A DNA stretch of 62,543 nucleotides from an uncultured Clostridia bacterium (GCA_949283145.1 CASDRL010000022.1:1-62543), one strand, 5' to 3'; positions 30,143-40,861 are shown, numbered from the stretch's first letter. The notes: generated by a model not told the origin, from the letters alone. Numbers and translations are program-made.

Positions 30143-31387
30143 ATGAGAAAAGATGCCGCAGAAAAACTTGTAAACGAATGCATTGCGGAATTAAAGCCCG
30201 AGTTCGACCGCATCGGCGCCGTAGCCTTGCACAATCAGGAAAAAGTGCTCAACGCTTTTCGCAACAACGCCGTCCAGGCACGGCATTTTTCGGGGAGCAC
30301 GGGTTACGGCTATGACGACGCGGGGCGGGACACTCTTTCGCAAGTCTTTGCAGACGCCTTAGGCGCCGAAAGCGCCGTAGTCTCGCCGATGATCACTGCG
30401 GGAACGCAGGCGCTCGCGCTCATGCTTTTCGGAGTGCTGCGTCCCGGCGATCTGTTGGTCTCCGTTTCGGGCAAACCGTACGACACTCTTGCCGATGTCA
30501 TTTCCGGTGAAAATTGCGGCTCATTGAAGGAATTCGGCATAGATTTTGAGCAGATCGAGCTCAAATTCGACGGTTTGACGCCCGTATTCGACTATTTTGC
30601 CATCGAAAAACTGCTGACGGAGCACAAAGTCAAGGCGATTTTCGCAGGCCGCAGCCGCGGCTATGAATGGCGCAGCGCCGTATCCGTGGAACAGATAGGC
30701 GAAATGATCGCTTTTGTCAAGCGGATCAGCCCCGAAACGCTGGTTTTGGTGGACAATTGTTACGGCGAATTCGTGGAAAAGATCGAGCCCACCGATGTCG
30801 GAGCGGATCTTATAGCGGGCTCGCTCATCAAAAACATCGGCGGCGGCATCGCGCCCACAGGCGGCTATATCGCCGGCAAAAAAGAGCTTGTTGAGCTCGT
30901 CGGAAAGCGCCTTACCGCGCCTTCGCTCGGTACGGAAGTCGGATCCTACGACGCTGGTTACACCAGGTTTTATCAAGGACTTTTCCTTGCGCCGCAAGTC
31001 ACCGAAAACGCACTGAAAAGCGCATTTTTGTTCGCCAAAGCTTACGAAAAACTCGGGTTCGACACGCTCCCGAAAGCGGGGATGCCTGCCTATGACATTG
31101 TCACCAGCATACGCATGAACGGCGCAAAGCATCTCACGGATTTCTGCGAGGCGATCCAAAGCGTGTCGCCCGTGGACAGCAACGTCATTCCCGTACCGTG
31201 GGCGATGCCGGGCTATCAGCACGACGTCATCATGGCTGCGGGTGCTTTTGTTCAAGGGGCGTCCATCGAACTCAGCGCCGACGCGCCGATCAAAGAGCCG
31301 TACATCGTCTATGTGCAAGGAGCTTTGACATTTGAGCACGCGCAGATCGCCGTGCGCGAAACATTGCAGCGCGTGATCCCGGATTGA
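30143..31387 (+). CDS. ynbB: YnbB / aluminium-resistance (methionine gamma-lyase-like) PLP enzyme
   Basis: STGYGYDDAGRD, GKPYDTL, DNCYGEFVE, GSLIKN.GG, MAAGAFVQGASIELSAD. Confidence 0.88.
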   Translation: MRKDAAEKLVNECIAELKPEFDRIGAVALHNQEKVLNAFRNNAVQARHFSGSTGYGYDDAGRDTLSQVFADALGAESAVVSPMITAGTQALALMLFGVLRPGDLLVSVSGKPYDTLADVISGENCGSLKEFGIDFEQIELKFDGLTPVFDYFAIEKLLTEHKVKAIFAGRSRGYEWRSAVSVEQIGEMIAFVKRISPETLVLVDNCYGEFVEKIEPTDVGADLIAGSLIKNIGGGIAPTGGYIAGKKELVELVGKRLTAPSLGTEVGSYDAGYTRFYQGLFLAPQVTENALKSAFLFAKAYEKLGFDTLPKAGMPAYDIVTSIRMNGAKHLTDFCEAIQSVSPVDSNVIPVPWAMPGYQHDVIMAAGAFVQGASIELSADAPIKEPYIVYVQGALTFEHAQIAVRETLQRVIPD

Positions 31388-31523
31388 CGGCTAATTGGCG
31401 GCGAACGAACGATTTGCGGCGAGAAGTATTACATATGCGGCGAATCGCGCCCGTAATGAGACAGGCAATCGCGCAGTTTAATGACCGAACGATCGACGGA
31501 TGAGCAAACGGATGACCGGCGCA

Positions 31524-31618
31524 CGAACAACCGGATGATCGCGGCATAATATTTATCTGCGCGCCGAACAACCGAATGACCGCGGCATAATATTTATAAT
31601 TGCCTGCGCCGAACAGCC
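31524..31618. repeat. Short imperfect tandem repeat (41-45-bp unit, about 2.2 copies)
   Basis: CGAACAACCG(G/A)ATGA(T/C)CGCGGCATAATATTTAT at 31524 and 31565; partial third copy at 31610. Confidence 0.8.
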
Positions 31619-32034
31619 TAATAACAAATTACAGGTCGTCGAAAATTCAGAATTTCGTAAAGGATGGTTAACTCTACCGAAAAAGTCGCATTTTACCGCT
31701 TTCTATTCGCAAAAGTTGAGTTTTGCGAATAGATTAATAGGCTCTCTGCCCTCAAATTTTTTGAAAATTTTCAGAAAGTTTTCGGTTTATGAAGCGGTGA
31801 TATGGGGCGAGATCCGACTATCGGGATGAACCGGAGCGGATGTCGGCGAAGAAGATCCGGCTTGCGGGGCGGGCGTAAAGGAGAATGTGCGGAGCACCGC
31901 CGAATCCCCGGGGATATAATGTGTAGTAAAAGCACAACAAACCGTCTTCCCTGTGCTCTATTATGTCCGACAGCCGTTTTTTTATATCGTTCGGATGCGA
32001 TCAAAGGATGTTCCACTCGTTTTCAAAAAGCGGC

Positions 32035-32063
32035 TTTACAATGCGGGCTTGTGATAGTATACT
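32035..32063 (+). promoter_or_regulatory. sigmaA promoter predicted to give a leaderless XRE mRNA
   Basis: TTTACA-17 nt-TATACT, then 6 nt to ATG 32070; no SD sequence. Confidence 0.6.
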
Positions 32064-32069
32064 TATTTC

Positions 32070-32294
32070 ATGGGCTTAGGGGCTAGGATAAAGGAACTCA
32101 GGATAATGAGTGCTCTGACACAAGCGCAGCTTGCAGAAAAGGTCGGCGTGAACACCAGCGCGGTTTCTCTTTGGGAAAATGACATAAACGAACCCAAAGC
32201 AAGCTATGTGGCGCGTCTTGCGATAGTATTCGACGTGTCGTCCGATTATCTGCTAGGGATCGAGGACGAGGCAGGCAGCAGGATAAGGCCGTAG
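32070..32294 (+). CDS. Small XRE/Cro-C1 family HTH regulator
   Basis: RIKELR..LTQAQLAEKVGVNTSAVSLWEN..EP..FDVSSDYLLG. Confidence 0.9.
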   Translation: MGLGARIKELRIMSALTQAQLAEKVGVNTSAVSLWENDINEPKASYVARLAIVFDVSSDYLLGIEDEAGSRIRP

Positions 32295-32373
32295 CGCGGG
32301 ATCCGCCTGCGGTGTCGGCGCTGCTCTGCCGCGATTTCTGCGATCAACGGTGCAAATCGGGTCGCTTTTATTG

Positions 32374-32401
32374 AAAATAACGGCAAAATGCCGTTATTTT
32401 T
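32374..32401. terminator. Bidirectional terminator-like hairpin
   Basis: AAAATAACGGCA-aaa-TGCCGTTATTTT between convergent genes. Confidence 0.7.
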
Positions 32402-32491
32402 GATGTTTTAGCAATACGCCACCCTATCTACACCGAATTTATCGTGTGCAAACGATTTTCCGTCCGAACCGCGGCATTCGCCTTAATATGG

Positions 32492-33391
32492 TCACTTTCG
32501 GTTGCGGACGGCTCCGTCTGCGGCCGACATCCATACATCCCGCATTTCGGCTGCGTCTTCCGCCTGAGTGCCTGCCGACTCCGAGAGGATGTGCGGCGTG
32601 AGCCCGTATTTAACGATGACTTCGGCAAAAGGTTCGAACTCGGGGCCGTAAACGTCGTCTGCAAACGTGAGGTGTCTTATCTCCCCTTTTGCGCCGTACT
32701 GTATTTTGGAGAAATGCACCTGCATATTTTTCGTCTTTTCTTCGCCGATGCCGTCGAGGAGTTTCTTGACGATGAGCTCAAAATCCTCCGTCGTTTTCAG
32801 ACTGCCGCCGTAGAGGGCGTTGATGTGCCCGAAATCCACGCAGGGATAGACATTACGTCCCATTTGGCACAATTCGACGATCTCTTCCACGGTACCGATC
32901 TGCGCCTGTTTGCCCATGGTCTCCGGACAGACGATGAGATTGTCGTAGGCGGATTCTTCCGCGATGAGTTCGAGTGCGCGCCCGAACGCCTCTTTTGTGC
33001 GGGCGAACGCCGCCTCGCGGGTGTCCTTCCCCTGCGCACCGGCGTGGAACACGCAGCGCTCTCCGCCGAAACTTTTCAGCACTTTGAGGGATGACAGCAG
33101 ATAATTCACAGAATTCTCCGCTTTTTCGGGTTCGGGAGAGGCAAAATTGATGAAATACGGCGCATGGACGCTCATTTCAATTCCGTATTCGTCGCACACG
33201 GCACCGATCGCCGCCGCGGTCGCGGTGGACACACGCACTCCTCTGCCGAAGGAATATTCAAAGATATCCAGCCCTTTTGCGGCGAGCCATGCGGGCATAT
33301 CCGCCGTGGCGGTGTGCCCTTCCGCGGCAAAACTTTCGGAGTGACCGGAAGGTCCGAAGAGCGGGCGGATTCCCGAAAACTTATTTTTCAT
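32492..33391 (-). CDS. nfo: Endonuclease IV-like TIM-barrel AP endonuclease
   Basis: SVHAPYFINF, VFHAG, PETMGK, CVDFGH, HFS, HL, SES metal-ligand pattern. Confidence 0.8.
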   Translation of the reverse strand: MKNKFSGIRPLFGPSGHSESFAAEGHTATADMPAWLAAKGLDIFEYSFGRGVRVSTATAAAIGAVCDEYGIEMSVHAPYFINFASPEPEKAENSVNYLLSSLKVLKSFGGERCVFHAGAQGKDTREAAFARTKEAFGRALELIAEESAYDNLIVCPETMGKQAQIGTVEEIVELCQMGRNVYPCVDFGHINALYGGSLKTTEDFELIVKKLLDGIGEEKTKNMQVHFSKIQYGAKGEIRHLTFADDVYGPEFEPFAEVIVKYGLTPHILSESAGTQAEDAAEMRDVWMSAADGAVRNRK

Positions 33392-34307
33392 CATTTGCCT
33401 CCGCAAAAATTTCTCTTATGTGTGCGACATCGCGCCCGAGCTGCTCCGCGAGCCCATCCGCCGAGCCGAAGTCGCTTATCCCGCGCAGTCTTTCATAGAA
33501 CGAGAGTTTTATTTTCTTTCCGTAGATGTCGCCGTCAAAATCGAGTATGAAGGTCTCCACGGACGGTTTCCCGTCCCCGAAAGTGGGTTTTGTGCCCACG
33601 TTTGTACCCCCGAGGAAGGTCTTTCCCGCGACGGTGACTTTGGTGGCGTAGACGCCGGGAGCCGGCATACAGCGGCTGTCGTCAAAGGGGATGTTTGCGG
33701 TGGGATAGCCGAAAGTGGCTCCCCTGCCGTGCGCGTGCGACACCTTGCCGAGCATGAAATATGGTTCGGAAAGCAGCGCGTTGACGCGCGCGATGTCCCC
33801 TGCCGAAAGAGCCTCCTTGACCGCCGTAGACGAGATTTTTTGTTTCTCGCCGTCGATGAAAAGAAGGGGCAGCACCTTGACATCGGCGCCGTATGAGCCG
33901 AAATCTTCGGCGAGGGTCGAGGCGTCTCCGGCTCTGTTTAAGCCGTATGTATAATCCTCGCCCGCGCGAACAGCCCGGATGTCCAGCGAGTCGCGGAGGA
34001 TATCCGCAAAGCGCTCCCGTGAGAGTGCGGCGAACCGCGAGTCGAACTCGGCCGAGACTATGACGTCGACGCCGAGACCGCGAAGCGCCTCTGCCCTTTC
34101 TTCAAATGTGTAGATGCGGGAACGTTTCCCGACGAATGCGCCGGGGTCGTTTGAAAAGGTGAAGACTGCACATTCACCGCCGTAACTTTCGGCGTGATCG
34201 CGTGCAGACGCAATAACTTCGGCATGTCCGCGATGCACGCAGTCGAAAAAACCGAGCGCGAGCGCGAGCGGAGCGTCATATTTTTCGCCGAAATTTATCT
34301 TTTTCAT
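33381..34307 (-). CDS. ribF: Bifunctional riboflavin kinase/FAD synthetase
   Basis: LGFFDCVHRGH, ISST, GYPTAN, NVGTKPTF, VETFILDF. Confidence 0.95.
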   Translation of the reverse strand: MKKINFGEKYDAPLALALGFFDCVHRGHAEVIASARDHAESYGGECAVFTFSNDPGAFVGKRSRIYTFEERAEALRGLGVDVIVSAEFDSRFAALSRERFADILRDSLDIRAVRAGEDYTYGLNRAGDASTLAEDFGSYGADVKVLPLLFIDGEKQKISSTAVKEALSAGDIARVNALLSEPYFMLGKVSHAHGRGATFGYPTANIPFDDSRCMPAPGVYATKVTVAGKTFLGGTNVGTKPTFGDGKPSVETFILDFDGDIYGKKIKLSFYERLRGISDFGSADGLAEQLGRDVAHIREIFAEANDEK

Positions 34308-35194
34308 AGTCTCACCTTGAGTCTCATCCCTCTTTCGTCCGCCTGTCCCAGTCCGAGCAGTCTGCCGCCTTCGGAAAACACGGCGGCGTGCTCGCCTGCC
34401 TCGGATGCGGACGGCACCGGGACGCCGTTCGAGATCATTCTCTCCTCTTTTTCGCCGAGAACGAGACGGGGAAGCCCGTCAAGTGCTCGTTCGGCGGGGA
34501 TGATTTGTTTCTCCGGCGCGGCTCTGAACTCCTCGAGCGTCACAGCGTCTTCGAGAGTGAAGATCCCGGAACGGGTGCGTTTTAATGCGGACATGTATGC
34601 GCATGTGCCGAGCTCTGCCGCGATGTCGCGCGCTAGCGAACGGATGTATGTTCCGCCTCCGCATACGACGGAAAGTGTGAATTCATCCCCTTCCGCTGCG
34701 ATAAGGTGTATGTCGTCGATGTGAACACGGCGTGCAGTGAGTTCCACTTCAACGCCCTTGCGCGCGAGGTCGTATGCCCTTCTGCCGCCCACGGATTTTG
34801 CGGAATAAGCGGGCGGGACCTGCATTATGTCCCCTACGAACATTTTTGCCGCCGCCGCGACCTCGTCCGCATCCGGGACTCTCCCCGTCTCCTCCGAAAA
34901 ATGCCCTCCGCGGTCGAGTGTATCCGTCGTTTTCCCGAAAGTGAAACGCGCGATGTATTCCTTTGTCTTGAACGCGAGGAAATCGAACAGTGCGGTGGCT
35001 TTGCCGAGCGCAACGGGCAGGACGCCTTCCGCAAGCGGATCCAGAGTGCCGAGGTGCCCCGTCTTCTGTCTGCCGCCTATCACGCGCGATAAAACGCCGC
35101 GGACAATGCACACGGCGTCGGAAGAGGTCATCCCTTCTGGCTTTGCGAGGTCGACGAACCCCGTGACGGAATGGGGAGAAGAAGAGCGCGGCAT
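34304..35194 (-). CDS. truB: tRNA pseudouridine(55) synthase
   Basis: KPEGMTS, GHLGTLDPLAEGVL, QVPPAYSA, GTYIRSLARD. Confidence 0.96.
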   Translation of the reverse strand: MPRSSSPHSVTGFVDLAKPEGMTSSDAVCIVRGVLSRVIGGRQKTGHLGTLDPLAEGVLPVALGKATALFDFLAFKTKEYIARFTFGKTTDTLDRGGHFSEETGRVPDADEVAAAAKMFVGDIMQVPPAYSAKSVGGRRAYDLARKGVEVELTARRVHIDDIHLIAAEGDEFTLSVVCGGGTYIRSLARDIAAELGTCAYMSALKRTRSGIFTLEDAVTLEEFRAAPEKQIIPAERALDGLPRLVLGEKEERMISNGVPVPSASEAGEHAAVFSEGGRLLGLGQADERGMRLKVRL

Positions 35195-36147
35195 TACATT
35201 CTGTCCCTTGCGGCTTTCAGGAGTTTGTCGACGACGTCCTCATAAAAACCGCTGAGTCTGCACCCTGCGGCGCGGCTGTGTCCGCCCCCGCCGAATGCCG
35301 ACGCGATGTCGCTCGCATCCGCTTTGCCTTTGGTGCGGATGCTGATCTTGAAGTTCTTGTCCGCGGCTTCCGAGACCGCGAAGGCGACTTCCACGCCGTC
35401 CACATCGATAGCGGAGGCGATGATCCCCTCCGTATCCGCAGGCTCGGTGCCCGTCGCTTCGAAGTCCGCCGCGAGGAATGTGATGACCGCGATACTGCCG
35501 CCGTCGAAGAACCTGCACTTTGAAAGCACGCGGTTTTTGAGTGCAAAGACGGAGGGAGTTATCTTTCTGTACACGCGGTAGATGATGTCTGCGGAGTCGA
35601 TGCCGAACTCCATAAGTCTGCGCGCGATGTCATGGGTGCGCTCGGTGGTGGAAGGATATTGGAAGCAGCCGGAATCCGCCACGATGCCCGCGAATATGAG
35701 CTCCGCCGACGTCTTGTCGATGAGTCCCATGCCGTCGAGGAGAAGATAAATTATTTCCGCGCAAGCCGCGGCATCGGCTTCGACATGATCGATCTGAGCG
35801 AATTTTTCGTGAGACTTGTGATGGTCGATCGCTGCGCGCTTTTTGGCGGAGAGGAACATCTTTCCCGCGCCGCCGAGGCGGGAAAGATCGCTGCAATCCA
35901 CCGCAAGAGCCGCTTCGTACACTTTTTTGCCGGGGAGAACAAAATCCTCCGCACCCTTCATAAAACGGTATTTTTCGGGCACGGGTGAGTCGCATACGGG
36001 CACCGCCTTTTTGCCGAGACCGCGCAGCGCCGAGCACACGGCAAGAGCGCAGGCGATCGCGTCACCGTCGGGATTGGTGTGACAGCATACGGCGATGTCG
36101 GTCGCGCTTCTCAGCATATCGGCGATCTTTTGCAGTCTTTCGTTCAT
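35194..36147 (-). CDS. nrnA: DHH/DHHA1 oligoribonuclease / pAp phosphatase
   Basis: HTNPDGDA, IDHH, DSGCF, GGGGHSRAAG; true start at ATG 36147. Confidence 0.9.
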   Translation of the reverse strand: MNERLQKIADMLRSATDIAVCCHTNPDGDAIACALAVCSALRGLGKKAVPVCDSPVPEKYRFMKGAEDFVLPGKKVYEAALAVDCSDLSRLGGAGKMFLSAKKRAAIDHHKSHEKFAQIDHVEADAAACAEIIYLLLDGMGLIDKTSAELIFAGIVADSGCFQYPSTTERTHDIARRLMEFGIDSADIIYRVYRKITPSVFALKNRVLSKCRFFDGGSIAVITFLAADFEATGTEPADTEGIIASAIDVDGVEVAFAVSEAADKNFKISIRTKGKADASDIASAFGGGGHSRAAGCRLSGFYEDVVDKLLKAARDRM

Positions 36148-36518
36148 CACTCTTCGTTGCCTGTTTCCGGCGGGATGTCTATCGTGCGCAGCAGCCCGTC
36201 GATCTTCATGCCGTAATCCACGCTGGTGTCCAGCTGAAAGTCGAGATCGGGCAGCAGGCGTATCTCGACGAGATCCTTCAGCCTGTTGCGTATGAAATGT
36301 TTGGAGCGGCGCACCGTTTCCAGCACTTCCGCCCTGTCCTCTTCGCTTTTGGAATAGACGGAAAGCCACACTTTCGCGAACTTCAGATCGGGCGTCGTGG
36401 TGACTTTGGTCACGCTTACGATGCCTTTACTAAGGCGCGGATCCTTGACGTCATGCGCGATGACCGCCGCGATCTGCTTTTGCAGCTCGGAATTGACGCG
36501 TTCCATCCTAATCTTCAT
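36147..36518 (-). CDS. rbfA: Ribosome-binding factor A
   Basis: VKDPRL, TPDLKFAKV, PDLDFQLD; located after infB. Confidence 0.95.
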   Translation of the reverse strand: MKIRMERVNSELQKQIAAVIAHDVKDPRLSKGIVSVTKVTTTPDLKFAKVWLSVYSKSEEDRAEVLETVRRSKHFIRNRLKDLVEIRLLPDLDFQLDTSVDYGMKIDGLLRTIDIPPETGNEE

Positions 36519-39258
36519 TGATCTGCTCCATAACGAACGCTTCGATGACGTCGCCCACTTTGATGTCCTGATAGTTCAGGAGCATGATGCCGCAATCGAA
36601 GTTCTTTGCCATCTCTTTGACGTCGTCCTTTCCGTGGCGGAGAGACGCGATCTCGGTCGTGACCTGTACCGCGCCGTTTCTGAGCAGACGCGCTTTCGCT
36701 CCGCGCTGGATCTTGCCGTCCGTGACATGGCAGCCCGCGATGATGCCGACTCCCGTGATCTTGAACAGCTCTCTGACTTCCGCACTGCCCAGGACATTTT
36801 CGCGGAATTTGGGTTCAAGCAGACCTTTGACCGCCTTCTCGATATCTTCGATGGCGTTGTAGATGATGTCGTAGAAGCGGATGTCGATGTGCTTCTGCGC
36901 GGCGAGCGCCTTGGCGTTGGCATCGGGGCGCACGTTGAAGCCGATGATGATGGCTTTTGCGGTGTCCGCAAGTGTGACGTCGCTCTCCTTGATGGCGCCG
37001 ACGGCTCCGTGGATGATGTCGATGTCCACTTCGTCGTTGCCGAGTTTGGAAAGGGACTGTTTGACCGCTTCGAGAGAGCCCTGCACATCCGCCTTGATGA
37101 TGAGCTTGACGGATTTGAGCTCGCCCTTCTTGATCTTGTCGAAAAGATCGTTGAGGGACACCGCGCCGGATTCTTCGCCCTGCGCCGCGAGTTTGAGCCT
37201 GCGCTCCTCCGCGAGTTCTCTCGCGAATTTCTCATCCGCGACCACGTCGATGATGTCGCCGGCTTCGGGCACTTCGTCCCAACCGGTGACGGAGACGGGG
37301 GTGGAAGGACCCGCCTTCTTCACCTTTCTGCCCTTGTCGTCCACCATGGCGCGGATCTTGCCCGTGGATGTGCCAGCAACGACGTTGTCGCCGATGCGCA
37401 GCGTGCCGGTCTGCACGAGGATGGTCGCCACTTTGCCCACGCCCTTGTCCAGGCGGGCTTCGATGATGGTGCCGCGTGCGGGACGGTCGGGATTGGCTTT
37501 GAGTTCTCTGATCTCCGCCATGATGAGGATGTTTTCAAGAAGGCTCTCGACGCCCTCGCCCGTCTTTGCGGAGACGCGCACCACGGGAGTCTCGCCGCCC
37601 CACTCCTCGGGGAGAAGGTCGTAGTTGGTGAGCTGCTGCAGGACCTGATCGGGGTTGGCGCCCTGCTTGTCTATCTTGTTGATGGCGACGATGATGGGCA
37701 CTTCCGCCTGCTTGGCGTGGTTGATCGCCTCGATGGTCTGAGGCATGATGCCGTCGTCCGCCGCGACGACGAGCACCGCGATGTCCGTCACCTGCGCGCC
37801 GCGCGCTCTCATAGAGGTGAACGCTTCGTGGCCCGGGGTGTCCAGGAAGGTGATGGGCGAGCCTTTCAGCGACACGGTATAAGCGCCGATATGCTGGGTT
37901 ATGCCGCCCGCTTCGCCGCCCGCGACGTTGGCTTTGCGGATGTAGTCCAGAAGGGATGTCTTGCCGTGGTCGACGTGACCCATGATCGTGACGACGGGAG
38001 GGCGCGGTCTGAGTTTCGCGGTGTCCTCGTCGTCGATGACGAGCTTGGCGGAAAGAGTCTCTTCCAGAGTGACTTCGGGCTTGAGCTCGAGGGTGATGGG
38101 ACGGTTTTTTGTGATCTCGCCCACGACGAGTTCCGCCGTCGCGAAATCCACGCTTTCGTTGATGGTCTTGATGATGCCGAGCATGAAGAGCGTCTTGATG
38201 ATCTCGGACGCGGGGATGCCCGTCTTCTCGCTGAGCACTTTGACCGGCACCGGATCGGTGGTGATGATCGCATGCTCGATGACCGTCGCCTGTCCGCCGC
38301 CCGAGGCTTTGGACTTGGACTTGAAGACGCGAACTCTCGGATCTTCGTCGTCGAGCACCATCTTGCTGTCATCCACGATATAGCCCTTTTTCATAAGGGC
38401 GCGTTTGTTCATACTTCCGCGGTCGTCAAAACGCTGTCCGCCGGAAGATTTGCCTGCGTTCTTGTTTTTCTGCGTGGAAGCCTTTCCGGTGGGCATGGTT
38501 GCCGCCTTTTGCAGATTGGCTGCCATGGTGTCGCGCCGCATACCTGCGCCGGGACCCGCAGGACGCATCCCCTGAGGTCTGTCGCCCTGGGGACGCGGAG
38601 ACCTTCCGCCCGTATATCCGCCCTCGAACACGCGGGTCTTGATGGCGGGCTTTGTGGCTGCGGGCTGCACGAATATGCGTCTGACCTCTCCGTTGGGGAG
38701 GATCTCCTGCACGATATTGGGGTTGGAAGTGGGGATGATCTTCCTCTCCTGCTTTTCCTCTTTTCCCGCGGGAGCGGATCTCTTCCCCGCGGGCTTTTCC
38801 GCGGGGGCTTCGGCGGGCTTTTCGCTTGTTGCCGTCTCCTCTGCGGGGATCTTTTCTTCGACGGGCTCCGCGGTCTCCTTCTCTTCGGCGGCGGGGACCT
38901 CTTCGGGCGCCGCTTCTTCGTGGACTTCTTCGGAAGCCTGAGGCTCCTCTGCCGCAGTCTCTTCCGCCCGGACTTCCTCTTTGTCCTCGGGAGCTTCCTG
39001 CACGGGAGTTTCGGCGGGAGTTTCGATGACTTCCGCCTTTTCCGCGGCGGTCTCATCCGCTCTGCGCTCCTCTTCGAGCCTCTTCGCTTCTTCCTCGGCA
39101 AAGAGCGCCGCTCTGCGTGCCCTGACCGTAGCGAGAAGTGCCGCGGCCTTTGCTTTTTCCGCGGAAATGAAGGACATCAGCTCGGAGAGTTTGCCCGTCT
39201 TGTATGCGCCGAGTTGTTTCACGGCGTCTTGTGTGGATTCTTTTTTGACTTCGCTCAT
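36508..39258 (-). CDS. infB: Translation initiation factor IF-2
   Basis: [34 protein letters not shown]; long Glu/Ala/Pro-rich N-terminus. Confidence 0.98.
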   Translation of the reverse strand: MSEVKKESTQDAVKQLGAYKTGKLSELMSFISAEKAKAAALLATVRARRAALFAEEEAKRLEEERRADETAAEKAEVIETPAETPVQEAPEDKEEVRAEETAAEEPQASEEVHEEAAPEEVPAAEEKETAEPVEEKIPAEETATSEKPAEAPAEKPAGKRSAPAGKEEKQERKIIPTSNPNIVQEILPNGEVRRIFVQPAATKPAIKTRVFEGGYTGGRSPRPQGDRPQGMRPAGPGAGMRRDTMAANLQKAATMPTGKASTQKNKNAGKSSGGQRFDDRGSMNKRALMKKGYIVDDSKMVLDDEDPRVRVFKSKSKASGGGQATVIEHAIITTDPVPVKVLSEKTGIPASEIIKTLFMLGIIKTINESVDFATAELVVGEITKNRPITLELKPEVTLEETLSAKLVIDDEDTAKLRPRPPVVTIMGHVDHGKTSLLDYIRKANVAGGEAGGITQHIGAYTVSLKGSPITFLDTPGHEAFTSMRARGAQVTDIAVLVVAADDGIMPQTIEAINHAKQAEVPIIVAINKIDKQGANPDQVLQQLTNYDLLPEEWGGETPVVRVSAKTGEGVESLLENILIMAEIRELKANPDRPARGTIIEARLDKGVGKVATILVQTGTLRIGDNVVAGTSTGKIRAMVDDKGRKVKKAGPSTPVSVTGWDEVPEAGDIIDVVADEKFARELAEERRLKLAAQGEESGAVSLNDLFDKIKKGELKSVKLIIKADVQGSLEAVKQSLSKLGNDEVDIDIIHGAVGAIKESDVTLADTAKAIIIGFNVRPDANAKALAAQKHIDIRFYDIIYNAIEDIEKAVKGLLEPKFRENVLGSAEVRELFKITGVGIIAGCHVTDGKIQRGAKARLLRNGAVQVTTEIASLRHGKDDVKEMAKNFDCGIMLLNYQDIKVGDVIEAFVMEQINED

Positions 39259-39260
39259 AG

Positions 39261-39542
39261 CTACCTCGTAAGGTTTATGATCGCCGCCGCGAGTGAACTG
39301 TCCGTGACGGCTATGGCTTTAACATTGTCGCGGTGAGTCGCCGCCGCGAGGTCTTCCACCTCGAAGAGCGGGATGTCGCCGCAGATCCGTTTCAGTTCCC
39401 GAAGGAACTTTTCGGGTGCGCCCGAGTCCGCAAGGACGACGAGCGCCTTTCCGCGCTTTTCCGCAATGCGGTCGGCACCGTACAGCACCGAGCCTTTACG
39501 CTGTGCGAACCCGACATAAGGGGCGATGTCAGATGCTTTCAC
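39261..39542 (-). CDS. ylxQ: L7Ae-family RNA-binding protein (YlxQ-like)
   Basis: GFAQRKG..LYG, short length, located between ylxR and infB. Confidence 0.75.
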   Translation of the reverse strand: MKASDIAPYVGFAQRKGSVLYGADRIAEKRGKALVVLADSGAPEKFLRELKRICGDIPLFEVEDLAAATHRDNVKAIAVTDSSLAAAIINLTR

Positions 39543-39786
39543 GGAGCGCCTCCGTCACATCTTCGGGCACAGCGCATTTGAACGCCGCATTGAGTGCCTT
39601 TTTCTTTTCGGCGAGCGCGATGCACTCCTTGGTGCGGTGCAGCCACACTCCTCTGCCGTCCGCCTTGCCGGTCGGATCCACGAATATCCTGCCGTCCTTT
39701 GCGCGGCAGATGCGGATCATCTCGGACTTTTCGGCGTGTTCGCGGCAGGCGGCGCACCTGCGCACTCCGGGAGGATTATTCGGCAT
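39529..39786 (-). CDS. ylxR: YlxR (RnpM) RNA-binding protein
   Basis: RRCAACR..K.EMIRI..DPTGKADGRGVW. Confidence 0.9.
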   Translation of the reverse strand: MPNNPPGVRRCAACREHAEKSEMIRICRAKDGRIFVDPTGKADGRGVWLHRTKECIALAEKKKALNAAFKCAVPEDVTEALRESI

Positions 39787-40861
39787 CCGCCGCCTCCTCT
39801 TCCGCCGCGCCTTCCGCCGCCATCACGGAGGAATAGGGTTTGACGTCTATCTTCCAGCCGGTGAGTTTTGCGGCGAGCCTTGCGTTCTGACCGTTCCTGC
39901 CGATGGCGAGGCTGAGTTTTTCGTCGGGGACGACGACGCGCGCGGTCTTTTCCTCCTCGTTGATGGAGACCATGAGGACCTGCGCGGGGCTCAGCGCTCT
40001 TGCGATATATTCGATGGCGTCGGAGCACCACTCGATGACATCCACTTTCTCACCCGCGAGTTCGCCGACCACCGCATTGACGCGCACGCCTTTGTTGCCG
40101 ATGCAGGCGCCCACCGCGTCTACGTTGGGATCTTCGGAATATACCGCGAGTTTCGTGCGGAAACCGCCTTCGCGGACAATGCCCGCGATCTTGACGAGAC
40201 CCGCCTTGATCTCCGGCACTTCCATCTCGAAAAGTTTGCGGACGAAACCTGCCGAACTTCTGGACACCACGACTTGGGGGCCGTTCCTGCCCTCGCGGAT
40301 CTTTTTGATGAACACTTTGATGACGTCGCCGACATTGTAGGTCTCGGTGGGGATCTGATCGCTCTGCGCCATCACGCCTTCCATCTGCGAGCCGCTGATC
40401 TCGACATAGACGGTCGGCCCCTCTTTGCGGCGCACGACCGCATTGACGAGCTCGCCCTGGCGTTCGGTCATCTCGTTGCGCACGAATTCTTTCTTCGCGT
40501 CGTTGAGTTTCTGCATGATGACCTGTTTCGCCGTCTGTGCCGCGATCCTCGAGAACTCCTTGGGGGTGATGTCTTCGATGACGATGTCGCCGATCTTGTA
40601 GGTGGATTTGATCTCGCGCGCCTCTTCGAGAGAGATCTGCTGATCGGGGTCTTCCACCTCTTCCACGACGATGCGGTGAGCATAGACGTTGACGGTCTGC
40701 CTCTCCTCGTTGAAGCGGACCGCGATGGGCTTGCTCTCGCCGTATTCTTTCTTGTAAGCGGCGGCGATGCCGGATTCCAGCGCGTCTACGAGCACTTCTC
40801 TGGAGATTATTTTCTCTTTGGCGAACTCTTCGAGCGCCTGAAAGAATTCTCTGTTGATCAT
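39776..40861 (-). CDS. nusA: Transcription factor NusA
   Basis: RIAAQTAKQVI, S1 and KH domains, DAVGACIG, LAIGRNGQNARLAAKLTGWKID. Confidence 0.98.
   Translation of the reverse strand: MINREFFQALEEFAKEKIISREVLVDALESGIAAAYKKEYGESKPIAVRFNEERQTVNVYAHRIVVEEVEDPDQQISLEEAREIKSTYKIGDIVIEDITPKEFSRIAAQTAKQVIMQKLNDAKKEFVRNEMTERQGELVNAVVRRKEGPTVYVEISGSQMEGVMAQSDQIPTETYNVGDVIKVFIKKIREGRNGPQVVVSRSSAGFVRKLFEMEVPEIKAGLVKIAGIVREGGFRTKLAVYSEDPNVDAVGACIGNKGVRVNAVVGELAGEKVDVIEWCSDAIEYIARALSPAQVLMVSINEEEKTARVVVPDEKLSLAIGRNGQNARLAAKLTGWKIDVKPYSSVMAAEGAAEEEAADAE

Noticed and set aside
31480-31620. Possible CRISPR array or SOS boxes (CGAAC repeats)
   Set aside because: Only ~2 units with no proper spacers and no cas genes; the CGAAC half-sites lack the GTTC partner at the LexA spacing.
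31925-31985. GCACAGGG motif suggesting a c-di-GMP riboswitch (minus strand)
   Set aside because: The GGCAAA..GAAA..GACGCAAAGC core is absent.
38640-39258. Glu/Ala/Pro-rich IF2 N-terminus
   Set aside because: IF2 N-terminal regions are commonly variable and low-complexity.
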